From NCBI RefSeq assembly GCF_018350175.1, contig NC_058376.1:14260001-14324000 (forward strand): a stretch of 64,000 nt of DNA, given 5' to 3'. The notes beneath the pieces were generated by a model that saw only the letters and a program-made list of their open reading frames with translations, had not been told where the DNA came from and did not search any database. The position numbers were made by a program, and so were the translations under genes. Within the stretch, counting starts at the first letter, position 1, and each line of letters opens with the position of its first letter. This DNA is from Felis catus. Its lineage: Eukaryota. Positions 11,657 to 23,767 of the stretch are shown here, piece by piece.

Positions 11657-13507
11657 AATGTTTCATTTTTTTCCTAAGTAATCTCTGTGTTCTGGCTAAT
11701 GAATGACTCCTTTCTGAGGTGTATGGCATCTTTTGAAACTCGGGCGACAATATATTCCATGAACCTGGGTCTCTTCCTAGATATAATATAAACCTTTCTT
11801 CTCTTATGTGCATGGAGATAATGTCTTCTCCTATTTCTTGTATCCATAACACCTCAACATAAATCACACTGTGTAAGAACTTTGTCCTTGAGGTAACACC
11901 GTATCTAAATGGAGCTGAAGGCTGGAGGGGTAAGAGGAAGAGTTAGGACACCTCTTTGGGAAGTTGTGACACAAGCTCAAGGGGGGGGAAGTATGGCCTG
12001 AGTGCTTCGAGGATGAATGGGGTTGAAGAGAGAAATTTTGGGATTAATGAGAAATTGGGAGCCGCCTCTGTTGAGATGTAAGAAACTAAGAAAATGAGAA
12101 GCAAAAGAAAAACGTGATATTGTATTATCTGCATTTTGATGGAAGTGCAAATACATTTGTTGGCATATACTGCGTTTCAGTAAATTGATTTAAGTCCATT
12201 AATTGCCAAATAGTTTTGAATGTTTTTGAAAAGCAACTGTCACACACCCTGAAGGCTCAGTAGAAAAATTATAGGTGAATTTCTTGCTGTCAGAGTGGTT
12301 TCATTCTAGTAGGTTAATAAAACAAAGAGAAGAATTAATTCAGATAAATTTAGAGAGGTAATTCCTATGGTGTGAATAAAACAGCATCCTTGAGAAGACT
12401 GAAGTATTGAAGAGTTAGTTCAAGGATGTGTTTTGACATGTTCTGTCACATGAACTCATGTCAGTTTCCAGAAATACTAGAAAGGACAGTTGTAAATGTA
12501 AAGTAGAAACAGAAATACATAAGGTTTTGGTATGATCAGTGGTGCCACGAGTTTTCGTGCAAAAGAACAATGGCTAGTGTCTTAAATGGGCTCTCTAATG
12601 GAGCAGATATAAAATGTAATGAATAGTTCCAGTTGATTTTCTGAGTTTGAATGTGTACTACTTTGATGGATTCTGATTTCAGTGTGCTTCTCTCATGTGC
12701 CTTTCCAGACCTCTAACATTTAGATCCTACAACAAAAATTGTCTTTCAGACACAATTTCAACCAGCAGAATAAAAGACTCACTGTCTCGTCTCCATGACA
12801 AGGGTCACTGCACAAAATCTGGGTCTGAGTACCCTTGGTCCTGGAGACTCCACAACTTGGCCAGTTTCAAGGAAGATGGCTCTGCCATCAAGGTTGTCCT
12901 GGAGGGAAACTACGCCCAGGATATAATGTGTCTTACTGATGAGGAAAGAGATGTTCTTTCAAGAGCTGGGCAATTCTCACAGATGGAACATCTGTAAGTC
13001 ATTTCTGGGGACTGACTGTGTTCTGGATAAATCAGAGTTGACAAAATTGTATACACAGGGAGAGTCAATTCCAATCATTACAGTTTGTTGAACATAGAAC
13101 TTATGGTTTCATTAGGTTCCTTTTCATTGAACACTACTTGAAAGAGAGCAGAATAGTATTTATTAGACACATATCTCATACTTTCTATTTCTAGTAAAGA
13201 GTTTATCATTTATTAGGCATATGAGATAACGTATATCTGGAGAAATGACTTTGAAAACTAACAGATATCTTCAAAAGGTGAAATTTGTGACTGTTTTAGC
13301 CATGAGCATTTGGGACTTTCAGCTTGAATGAATTGAGAACATTATGACATATATTCACATTCTTATAGATTCTAAGTGATACCAACGTTTGAACATGGTT
13401 TTGTTTTAATGTGTCTGTTTTTTATTGGCAGAAATATTGAGTTGAGATTATGTGCCAGGCACTATGCTTAGAACTAACTGATGATTCAAGGACACACAGA
13501 AGAAAGA

Positions 13508-13752
13508 TTTTTTTTCTTTTTTTCTTTTTTTTTTTTTTAAATTTTTTTTCAACGTTTATTTATTTTTGGGACAGAGAGAGACAGAGCATGAACGGGGGAG
13601 GGGCAGAGAGAGAGGGAGACACAGAATCGGAAACAGGCTCCAGGCTCCGAGCCATCAGCCCAGAGCCTGACGCGGGGCTCGAACTCCCGGACCGCGAGAT
13701 CGTGACCTGGCTGAAGTCGGACGCTTAACCGACTGCGCCACCCAGGTGCTCC
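13508..13752 (-). mobile_element. Young CanSINE (SINEC_Fc-like)
   Basis: CpG-rich near-consensus body, long poly(T), TSD AGA(A/C)AGATTTTTT. Confidence 0.95.
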
Positions 13753-15059
13753 AGACAGATTTTTTTCTGCCAGTAAATATCAGTGTCCCGAGCTCTTAAT
13801 GGAAGTGTATAGAAATAAAGCAATAAAGATAGGAAGTGTTTTTCATTAGGTCGTGGGTATTGTGAGCAGAGAGTGGGTGTTTAAAAATTATCATGTCTAT
13901 TTCAGGGAACTTGTGCATTGGAATTTATGGTTTTGAATTTCAATAATGATGGAAAAGTAGGAAAATTAAAGGTAAAGAACATATGTAAGGGGATATATGT
14001 GTTGTATTTGTTGTTAGGGATGACACATAGTGGAGTGATCAGATAACCCATGAGCAATACTAGAAAATAAAAAAAACATTAGAAATATTCTCAACCAAAG
14101 GAAACATATCGAATAATGAAACTTCTCCGAAAAGGAAATCAGCAGTTTTATTAAAATGCCTGTGGAAGTCATTCAATAAAGGACTGGATGACTCTCATTT
14201 CTTGGTGTTAAAATTTGAGTGTGGAGTAGAAGAAATGATACCTGAATTTGTACTCGTTTCCAACTAGGATTTCATAGTTGTTACAGTGAAAAGTAATTTA
14301 AATTTTGGAATCTGCCTGGATATGAGCATAGTGACCTGGACAATGAAGATAAGGAAACACATCACAAACAAATAAACAACATTCTCCCCCACCCCCACTG
14401 TATGTCTGGTGATGAATGGGTTGGACTTTCAGTTTAGTTGAGAAGAAGGGGAATCTTTGGACATAGACACGAGTAAAGAGAATCTAATTTATAGATGTGA
14501 GGCTACAAAGGTAGGTTTCTCGATCTCAGCACTTTTGTCATTTGACATGAGGCATTTCAATGGCGTTGAGGACTTTTCTGTGTCGTGAAATGGGCATCAT
14601 CCCTAGCTTTTACCACCCAGAGCCAGTAGATATCTGTAGCAGGTATGTGGGTGCAAGAAGCCTGGTAAGATATTGCAATGATTCCAGAAAGGAGATGAAT
14701 TTTTCTTTCCTTTTGGACAGAGGTAGATGTTTCACGAGTGTGACGAAATCAAGAAGGAGAAATATTTCCTAAAAATCCCTCAGCCTTCTTGTTAAATGAT
14801 TGGAGATTGTGACCATGGATTTTGGTCACATGGATTTTGGACCATGGATTTTACTTAGAGTCCATGATTCTACTGAGAAAAGTTTTTTTGGCAGAATGAA
14901 ATAAAATGCTGTTTTTAATAAAACTGTTGTCTGCTTAATAATGAGCTCACGTTGCCCAACACATTGTTGATTGTTGACAGTGACTGGCACAGCACAGTTG
15001 CTTACATATTTGTTGGGTAAGTCAGGGGATGAGTGACATGCTCTGCTAATTACTGACAG

Positions 15060-15067
15060 TATATAAG
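15060..15067 (+). promoter_or_regulatory. TATA box (TATATAAG variant), copy 3
   Basis: Conserved position, one substitution. Confidence 0.8.
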
Positions 15068-15142
15068 GGTCCAAAGCAAGTGGAAGACACGCACTTCATC
15101 ACATCCTCTCACAACCCACGTGAATTCCCTTCTCTTGACAAG

Positions 15143-15388
15143 ATGTGTTACAACTACGGCAACTCCTGTGGCTCTGGCTGTGGATATGGCTATGGCTGTG
15201 GATGTGGTCCCTATTATGGCTGTGGTTATGGCCTCCGTTATGGCTGTGGCTATGGCTCAGGGTATGGCTGTGGCTATGGCTCCTGCTGTGGATATGGCTG
15301 TGGATATGGCTGTGGCTATGGCTATGGCTCCAACTGCTGTGGCTACCGGCCATATTTCTATAGAAGATGTTATTCCTCTTGCTGTTAG
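15143..15388 (+). CDS. KRTAP21: KRTAP21-like HGT-KAP, array copy 3 (81 aa, GLRYG type C)
   Basis: MCYNYGNSC...[14 protein letters not shown]; TATATAAG 15060, AATAAA 15672. Confidence 0.88.
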   Translation: MCYNYGNSCGSGCGYGYGCGCGPYYGCGYGLRYGCGYGSGYGCGYGSCCGYGCGYGCGYGYGSNCCGYRPYFYRRCYSSCC

Positions 15389-15671
15389 AACATCACTGTC
15401 CAAGCCCCACTTGCTTCTGAAAAGACACGCCTTACGAGAAGACTCATTCAAGGATCTATACCCCAAGATTTATATATCAAAAACATTGTATGTGTCATAG
15501 AAGATTTGACCTCCAGTAACATTTGTAAAATGGCAGCTTGTGGCTTGAGGCTATGGAGTATCATCTAACAGTTTTCCAAAAAGTGTTGTTCTTACTCCCT
15601 TAATATGGATTCTGTGTTGTGACTGTGACAAGGATCTGAACATCCCACATTTGGGCAAATCCCTTATTCTC

Positions 15672-15677
15672 AATAAA
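15672..15677 (+). terminator. Poly(A) signal, copy 3
   Basis: AATAAA in conserved context. Confidence 0.8.
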
Positions 15678-17294
15678 AATGTTTCATTCCTTCTATCAAA
15701 TGTCTCTCTTCTCTCTTGGTAAAGCCTCATTTCTTGAGGTGTTATGGCCTGTCTTGAAAATTGGGCTTACAATATATTCCATGTACCCAGGTCTTTTTCT
15801 TGATATCATACAAGTATTCCTTCTCTTACATGCATCGATATAATGTCTTCTCCACCTAAATTTCACATCCCTAACACTCCAACACAAATCACACAGTATT
15901 CAGAACTGTGCCCTGGAAATCACACTGTAGGTAGAATGGAAGTGGAGGGAAAAGACGAGGACAGGGAGGGATGGCACCTCCTGGGAGGTTGTGATAGAAG
16001 CCTAAGGGAAGGGGTGTGGCCTGATCACTTAAAGGATGAATGTGATGGAAGAGAGAGTTTCTGGCATTCATGAGAAATTGAAAGCTGCCTCAGCTGAAGT
16101 GTAAAGAAGCAAGGAAAGGGTACATTAGAAGCAAAGCGTGGTATCATATCATCTGAATTGGACGGATTTGCTAATATATATGTTGGCATAAATTGAGTTT
16201 GAAGAAATTGATTTAAGTCACTTAACTGACAAATACTTCTGAATGTGTTTGAAAGAGAACCATCCGACACACTGAATACATAGAAGAAAAATGGCAGATG
16301 AATTTCCTACTCTCAGAGTGTTTACATTTTGTTGGTGTTAATAAATATGTTACAAATTAATTATGACAAATTTAGACACATAATTTGCTTGGAGAGAATA
16401 AAACAGCTTCCTGGGGAAGAGAATGAAGGTTCATTAAATATTGGAGAGATAGTTCAGGGTGGTATTTTGATGTTTGGTGTCAAACGAACTGATCAAGTTG
16501 AAAGAATGGGCAGAAAGGGCAGTACCAAGCAGAAAGGGGAAGAGAAATTCATTATGTGTTGGGTATGATCAGTGGTGCCACAATTTTCAGTTGAAAAGAG
16601 GAAGGAGTAGGGCTTTAATGGTGTCCTTTAGTGTCTTCCCTGGTGCGTATACAAGAATGGGATGAGAAGCCCAGTCCTTTCTGAGTTTGAGAACCTTCCG
16701 TTTGTTGGGGTCTGACTTCAGTGTCCTTTCCTCAGGTGCCATTCCAGAGCTCTCACCTTTAGATCCTACAATAGAAAATGTATTTCAGACTCAAATTCAA
16801 CCAGCAGTGAATAACCAATCACTGACTCATATGCATGACAAAGGTGAGTGCACAAAGTCTGAGTGTGAGGATCCTAGAGCCAGGAGACTCTAAACCATGT
16901 CAAATTCCAAGGAGGATGGCCTTGCCATCGAGGTCAGCCCTGGATGGAGGCTATGCCCAGTATAGTAAGTGTCCTGCTGATGAAGAATTAAGCCTTCTCT
17001 CAAGGGATGGAATTATCACACATGGGATATTCTAAATCTGATGCGATGACTGAATGTGCTCTGAGTTAGTCTAGGATGGGTACATCCTACAACAGGGAAA
17101 AGAATTCTAATAATTACAGTTTGATGAAAATCTATTCATTGTTCCATTATGTTCCTTGTCTTTGAAGGCTTTCTGAAGGAGGGAAGAATATCACCAATTA
17201 GGCATGTATATTATAATTTACATATCTAGTCAAGTTCTGGATATTTATAAGGCATAGAGAACATATGGAACAATGTGTTCACAAACAGACACCT

Positions 17295-17535
17295 TTATTT
17301 ATTTATTTATTCGTATATTTCAATTTTTTTCATTTATTTATTTATTTATTTATTTTTTTGACAGACAGATGTCAGCGTGGGAGGGGCAGAGTGAGAAAGA
17401 GACACAGAATCTGAATCAGGCTTCAGTCTCCAGGCTGTCAGCACAGAGCACTACACGCAGATCAAACTCACAAACCGTAAGATCATCACCTGAGCTGAGG
17501 TTGGACACTTAACCAACTAGCCACCCAGTCACCCT
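17295..17535 (-). mobile_element. CanSINE, paralog of 5143-5371
   Basis: Same insertion site and shared diagnostic changes (GAATCAGGCTTCAGTCTCCAGGC). Confidence 0.9.
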
Positions 17536-18428
17536 CAGACAACTATCTTTAAGGTGTGAAATTTGAGACTTAGTCCAAGAATATTGGAGATTTTTGGGTT
17601 GAAAGGAATGAGAATATTGCGATAATATATTGAATTATTTTATAACTTCTAAATGGCACACCAATATTTGAACACGATTTTGTTTTAATGCATTTCTTTA
17701 CTGGGGAAATATTGACGGAATTCAAATTATGTGCCAGGCTCTACTTCATCTGGAAAGAGGGGTGCACAGAATAATAGACTTTTTTTTTCTGCCATTATGC
17801 ATCTGTATTCAGAAACCTGAAAGGAAAGGTACTAGAAATAATGCAACAGAGCTAGAAAACTTTTTCAATAGGTCAGGAGTATTGTGACAAGGAAGGGAGT
17901 GTTAGAAAAGCAAAGTGTGTATTCTAGGGATTTTGTGCATTAGAGCTTATAGTTGTGAATTTCAAGAATGGTAGACAAGTAGCGAAAATTAAGCTACAGA
18001 ACAATTGTAGTGGGCATATTTTCCTTAAACTCCTTGTAAGGGATGAATCACAGCAGAGGGATCACATACCCCAGTCTAAAAGTAGTAGGAAATGCTGTCA
18101 ACTGAAGGAAAAATGTCTACTAAGGAAAGATCACAGGAAAGGAAATCAGCAGTTTTATGAAATACCCAGGTGAAAGCATTCAGGAAAAGACTGGATGTCC
18201 CACATTTCTTTGATGGGAAATTTTAGCGAGGAGTAGAAGGAATGATCCTCCTGGGTTTGTACTCCCTTGCAGCTTGGATTTTTTAGTTGTCACAGTAAAA
18301 AGTAATCCAATTTTGTATTCTGCCAGATTCATAAGATGGTGATTGATGTAAAGCATAGACAACCAAGATGAGCAGAAATATCCCAAGAAACAACCATACA
18401 AACAAAAAGCAGAGACACCTCCATTTCT

Positions 18429-18476
18429 CCCTTCCTTCCTTCCTTCCTTCCTTCCTTCCTTCCTTCCTTCCTTCCT
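18429..18476. repeat. (TTCC)n microsatellite upstream of copy 4
   Basis: Direct reading; homologous position to 10241. Confidence 0.95.
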
Positions 18477-19123
18477 TTTTGACTTCATGTCTGGTAATGG
18501 AATAATTGCGTTTAGTTAAGAAAAAAAGGAAGTATTTGGAATTAGACACCAATAAAGAGAGAATATAGAGATGTGAGATTCAAACCAAGGTTTCTAGATC
18601 TCAACACTATTGGCATTGTACAGCAGAAGTTCCGGTGTTGTTGGGCTTTGTCCTGATGACTGGAATTAGCATCTTCCCTTGTTTATCACACTTGGAGCTA
18701 GTAGGTATCTGCAGTAGGTATCTGGGTGTGAGCAGGCAGGCAAAAATTTGCAATGATTCCAGAAAGAAGATGGGAGTTATTTCCTTCCCTATGGGGACAG
18801 GTAGATAGCTTAGGAAAGAGGAGAGATCAAGAGGACAAGATTTTCCTAAATGTCCCTCAACGATGAACATAAGGTGAATTAAATGACAACAAGTTGTGAA
18901 GCTGGGTACCAGTTTTATGTATGGCTCATGATTCTAGTGAGAGAATTCTTTGGCAGAGCAATTAAAATGCTATTCTTTAAATATAACTGGAGACCTCAAC
19001 AGAATGAAGTCACATTTCCCAAGACATTTATTGATTGTTGACAGTGAGTGGCATACCAGAAGTGCTTACATATTTGTTGGGTATGTCAGGGGATGAATGG
19101 TATGTTCTGCCAATTACTGACAG

Positions 19124-19131
19124 TATATAAA
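19124..19131 (+). promoter_or_regulatory. TATA box, copy 4
   Basis: TATATAAA at the conserved position. Confidence 0.85.
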
Positions 19132-19206
19132 GGTCCAAGGCTAGTAGAAGACACACAGTTCACCACATCCTCTCACAACCCACGTGGAATCTCTTCTCTT
19201 GACAAG

Positions 19207-19476
19207 ATGTGTTGCAACTACGGCAACTCTTGTGGCTATGGCTGTGGCTATGGCTGTGGCTATGGCTACGGCTGTGGCTATGGTCCCTATTACAGCTGGA
19301 GTTATGGACCTGGCTATGGCTGTGGATATGGCTCCTGGTATGGCTGTGGCTCTGGCTGTGGCTCTGGCTCCTGCTGTGGCTACGGCCCCAGATATGGCTG
19401 TGGTTGTGGCTATGGCTCCAGCTGCTATGGTTACCGGCCATTTTGCTATAGAAGATGTTATTCTTCTTGCTGCTAG
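19207..19476 (+). CDS. KRTAP21: KRTAP21-like HGT-KAP, array copy 4 (89 aa, type A)
   Basis: MCCNYGNSC...PYYSWSYGPG...[14 protein letters not shown]; TATA 19124, AATAAA 19751. Confidence 0.9.
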   Translation: MCCNYGNSCGYGCGYGCGYGYGCGYGPYYSWSYGPGYGCGYGSWYGCGSGCGSGSCCGYGPRYGCGCGYGSSCYGYRPFCYRRCYSSCC

Positions 19477-19750
19477 AACATCTCCCCGTTGTCCTCTAAA
19501 TAAGACACATCTAATGAGAGGGCCGAATCAAGGATTCATACCTCACATTTTCTATATCCACGAAATTGCATGCTTCACAGAGACTCTCACCTCCAAGCAA
19601 CATTTCTAGAATGGCATCTTGTGCCTCAAGGCTGTGTGGAATCATCTGACTGTTTTCTAAATGTTGGTCTTTGTTCCCTTACTCTGGATTCTGTCATCTG
19701 ACTGTGGCAACAAGCCTAACATCCCACAGTTGGGCAAATTCCTTATTCTC

Positions 19751-19756
19751 AATAAA
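19751..19756 (+). terminator. Poly(A) signal, copy 4
   Basis: AATAAA in conserved context. Confidence 0.8.
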
Positions 19757-20369
19757 AGTGGTTCTTTGCTTCTAATATATCTCTATGTTCTTGCTTGTGA
19801 ATTACTCCTTTTTTGAGGTATTATGACTCCACTTGAAAATCTAGGTGACAATATGTTTCATGAACATGAGGGCTCTTCCTTCATGTAATGGGAGCATTTC
19901 TTCTCTTATGTGCATCAGAGAAAATGCCTTTTCTACCTGTGCCTTGCACCCTCATGCCCAGGCCCTCACAACTCAACACAAATCACAGAGTATTTCAGAA
20001 CTTTCACCTGGAAATCACACTCTATGTAGAATGGAGGTGGAGGGGAAAGGCAAGGAGGGATGTTACCTCTTTTGGAGGTTGTGAGACAAGCTCCAGGGAG
20101 AGGAGGTGTGGCCTGAGTACTTCAAGGATGAATGGAATGGAAGAGAGAGTTTCCAGATTAATGAGAAATTAGAAATGTACTCGGGTGTCTAATGAACCAA
20201 GGAAAGAATAATTTAGAAAAAAGATGTGGTATTGTATCATCTGTAATTTAATGGAAGTCCAGATGTATTTGTTGGCATACATTGAGAGTGAGGAAATTGA
20301 TTTCAGTCACTTAGTCACAAATAGTTTAGAATGTTTTTGAAAGGGAACAATCCTAGACTCTGAAGATAC

Positions 20370-20527
20370 AGGGGGAAAATTGTGGAGTAGTTTCTTGCTC
20401 TCAGAATGTTGACATTCTAATGGCTATATTTAAAGCAAGTAAGAATTAGGGGGAAAATTGTGGAGTAGTTTCTTGCTCTCAGAATGTTGACATTCTAATG
20501 GCTATATTTAAAGCAAGTAAGAATTAG
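20370..20527. repeat. Perfect 78-bp tandem duplication
   Basis: GGGGGAAAATTGTGG...AAGAATTA begins at 20371 and again at 20449. Confidence 0.95.
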
Positions 20528-23135
20528 TTGAAATTAATTTGGAGAGATCATCCCTATGAAGCCAATAAAACATCTTACTGGGGAAGAGATTGCAGGCTGA
20601 TAGTTCAAGGATGTATTTTGACATTTTGTGTCAAATGAACTGATGCCATTTGAAAGAAATACTAGAAAGAACAGTTGTAAGTATAAAGGAGAAAGAGAAA
20701 TTCATGAAGGTTGGGGTTTGATTGGTGGTGCCACAATTTGTAGTGGAAGAAAGCAAGGGATAGTTTGGGAGTTGCAAGCTTACTATTGTGTTGGGTTCTT
20801 ACCAAAGTGTCTTTTCCTCATATGCCTGCCAGAACTCTAACAGTTAGAGCGTACATCAGAAAAAAGTGTCTTCAGACTCAATTTCTACCAGCAGAAAGAA
20901 TGACTCACTGTCTCATCTCCATGACAAAAGTCACTGCAGAAAGTCTGAGTCTGAGGACACTGGAGCTAAAGGTCTCCATCCACAACATGGCCAATTCTAA
21001 GGAAAATAACCGTGCCATCAAGGTCAGCCCTGGCATGAGGCTATGCCCAGGATATTAAGTGTCCTGCTGTGGAAGGATCAAGGCTTCTGTCACGGGTTGG
21101 AAGTTTTCAATATGGAACACCCTAAGTCTGTTCTGAGGACTGCCTGTGCTCTGGGTTAGTCAAGGGGGGGTGGGGGGGGGTAAATCCTACCGACAGGGGA
21201 AGGAATTCCATTAATTACAGTTTGTTAAAAATCTACTCATTGTTCTATTATGTTCCTTGTGTTTGAAGGCTTTCTGAAGGAGGGAAGAACATCATCAGTT
21301 AGGCGTTTATATCACAATTTGCATATCCATAAAGGGTCGATAATTTGTCAGGTATATAAGATAAGTTGTAGATCTGGAACAAGGTGTTCATAAACTGACA
21401 ACGATACTCAAAATGTGAGATTTAAGACTCACTACTTAAAATCATTTGAGACTCAAGGTTGAATGGAAGGAGATCATTGTGATAATATACAGAATTATCT
21501 GATAACTTGTACTGGCATAAAACACTTGAACACGATTTTGTTTTAATGCATTTCTTTACTGGGGAAATATTGATGAAATTCAAATTATGTACCAGGCTCT
21601 ACTTCATAGGGAAAGATGGGTGCACAGAAGAAGAGATTATTTTTTGCCATTATGGATATGTATTCAGAAAACTGACTGGAAAGGTACTAGAAACAATGCA
21701 AGAAAGGTAAGAAACTTTCCCAATAGTTCAGGAGTATTGTGTCACAAAACAGGGTGTTAGAAAAGCAACGTGTGTATTCTAGGGATTTTGTGCATTAGAG
21801 TTTAGAGTTGTGAATTTCAAGAATGGTAGAAAAGTAGAGAAAGTTAAGATAAAGAACAATTGTAGTGGCTATATTTTCCTTAAAATTTTTGTAATGGTTG
21901 AATCACATCAGAGTGATTAGATACACCAGTCTAAAAGTTGTAGGACATACACTTAACTGAAGGCAAGATGTCTACCAAGGAAAGATCACAAGAAAAGAAA
22001 TCAGCAGTTTTATGAAATTCCCAGTTGAAAGCATTCAGGAAAAAATGGATGTCACTCATTTCTTTGATGGGAAATTTTATCGTGGAGTAGAATGAATGAT
22101 CTTCCTGAGTTTGTACTCCCTTCCAGCTTGGATTTTATAGTGGTCACTGTAAAAATAATGCAAATTTTGGAGTCTGCCAGATTCATAAAATGGTGATTCA
22201 TGTAAAACCTAGACAACGAAGATAAGCAGAAATATCCCAAGAAACAACCATACAAACAAAANNNNNNNNNNNNNNNNNNNNNNNNNNNNNNNNNNNNNNN
22301 NNNNNNNNNNNNNNNNNNNNNNNNNNNNNNNNNNNNNNNNNNNNNNNNNNNNNNNNNNNNNNNNNNNNNNNNNNNNNNNNNNNNNNNNNNNNNNNNNNNN
22401 NNNNNNNNNNNNNNNNNNNNNNNNNNNNNNNNNNNNNNNNNNNNNNNNNNNNNNNNNNNNNNNNNNNNNNNNNNNNNNNNNNNNNNNNNNNNNNNNNNNN
22501 NNNAATGATTGGATAAAGACTTTAGTTAAGAGAAAAAGGAAGTATTTGGAATTAGACACCAATAAAGAGAGAATATAGAGATGTGAGATTCAAACCAAGG
22601 TTTCTAGATCTCAACACTATTGGCATTGTACAGCAGAAGTTCCGGTGTTGTTGGGCTTTGTCCTGATGACTGGCATTAGCATCTTCCCTTGTTTATCACA
22701 CTTGGAGCTAGTAGGTATCTGCAGTAGGTATCTGGGTGTGAGAAGGCAGGCAAAAATTTGCAATGATTCCAGAAAGGAGATGGGAGTTATTTCCTTCCCT
22801 ATGGGGACAGGTAGATAGTTTAGGAAAGAGGAGAGATCAAGAGGACAAGATTTTCCTAAATGTCCCTCAACAATGATACCTAAGGCGAATTAAATGACAA
22901 CAAGTTGTGAAGGTAGGTACCAGTTTTATGTATGGCTCATGATTCTAGTGAGAGAATTCTTTGGCAGAGCAAATTAAAATGCTGTTCTTTAAATATAACT
23001 GGAGACCTCAACAGAATGAAGTCACATTTCCCAAGACTTTTATTGATTGTTGACAGTGAGTGGCATACCAGAAGTGCTTACATATTTGTTGGGTATGTCA
23101 GGGGATGAATGGTATGTTCTGCCAATTACTGACAG

Positions 23136-23143
23136 TATATAAA
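23136..23143 (+). promoter_or_regulatory. TATA box, copy 5
   Basis: TATATAAA at the conserved position. Confidence 0.85.
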
Positions 23144-23218
23144 GGTCCAAGGCTAGTAGAAGACACACAGTTCACTACATCCTCTCACAACCCACGTGGA
23201 ATCTCTTCTCTTGACAAG

Positions 23219-23488
23219 ATGTGTTGCAACTACGGCAACTCTTGTGGCTATGGCTGTGGCTATGGCTGTGGCTATGGCTACGGCTGTGGCTATGGTCCCT
23301 ATTACAGCTGGAGTTATGGACCTGGCTATGGCTGTGGATATGGCTCCTGGTATGGCTGTGGCTCTGGCTGTGGATATGGCTCCTGCTGTGGCTACGGCCC
23401 CAGATATGGCTGTGGTTGTGGCTATGGCTCCAGCTGCTATGGTTACCGGCCATTTTGCTATAGAAGATGTTATTCTTCCTGCTGCTAG
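23219..23488 (+). CDS. KRTAP21: KRTAP21-like HGT-KAP, array copy 5 (89 aa, type A)
   Basis: Differs from copy 4 by one residue (GCGYGSCC vs GCGSGSCC); TATA 23136, AATAAA 23762. Confidence 0.9.
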   Translation: MCCNYGNSCGYGCGYGCGYGYGCGYGPYYSWSYGPGYGCGYGSWYGCGSGCGYGSCCGYGPRYGCGCGYGSSCYGYRPFCYRRCYSSCC

Positions 23489-23761
23489 AACATCACCCCG
23501 TTGTCCTCTAAATAAGACACATCTAATGAGAGGGCTGAATCAAGGATTCATACCTCACATTTTCTATATCCACGAAATTGCATGCTTCACAGAGACTCTC
23601 ACCTCCAAGCAACATTTCTAGAATGGCATCTTGTGCCTCAAGGCTGTGTGGAATCATCTGACTGTTTTCTAAATGTTGGTCTTTATTCCCTTACTCTAGA
23701 TTCTGTCATCTGACTGTGGAACTAGCCTAACACCCCACAGTTGGGCAAATTCCTTATTCTC

Positions 23762-23767
23762 AATAAA
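23762..23767 (+). terminator. Poly(A) signal, copy 5
   Basis: AATAAA in conserved context. Confidence 0.8.

Noticed and set aside
13508-13752. tRNA genes suggested by A/B-box sequences
   Set aside because: All are tRNA-derived CanSINE heads with (CT)n, poly(A) and TSDs.
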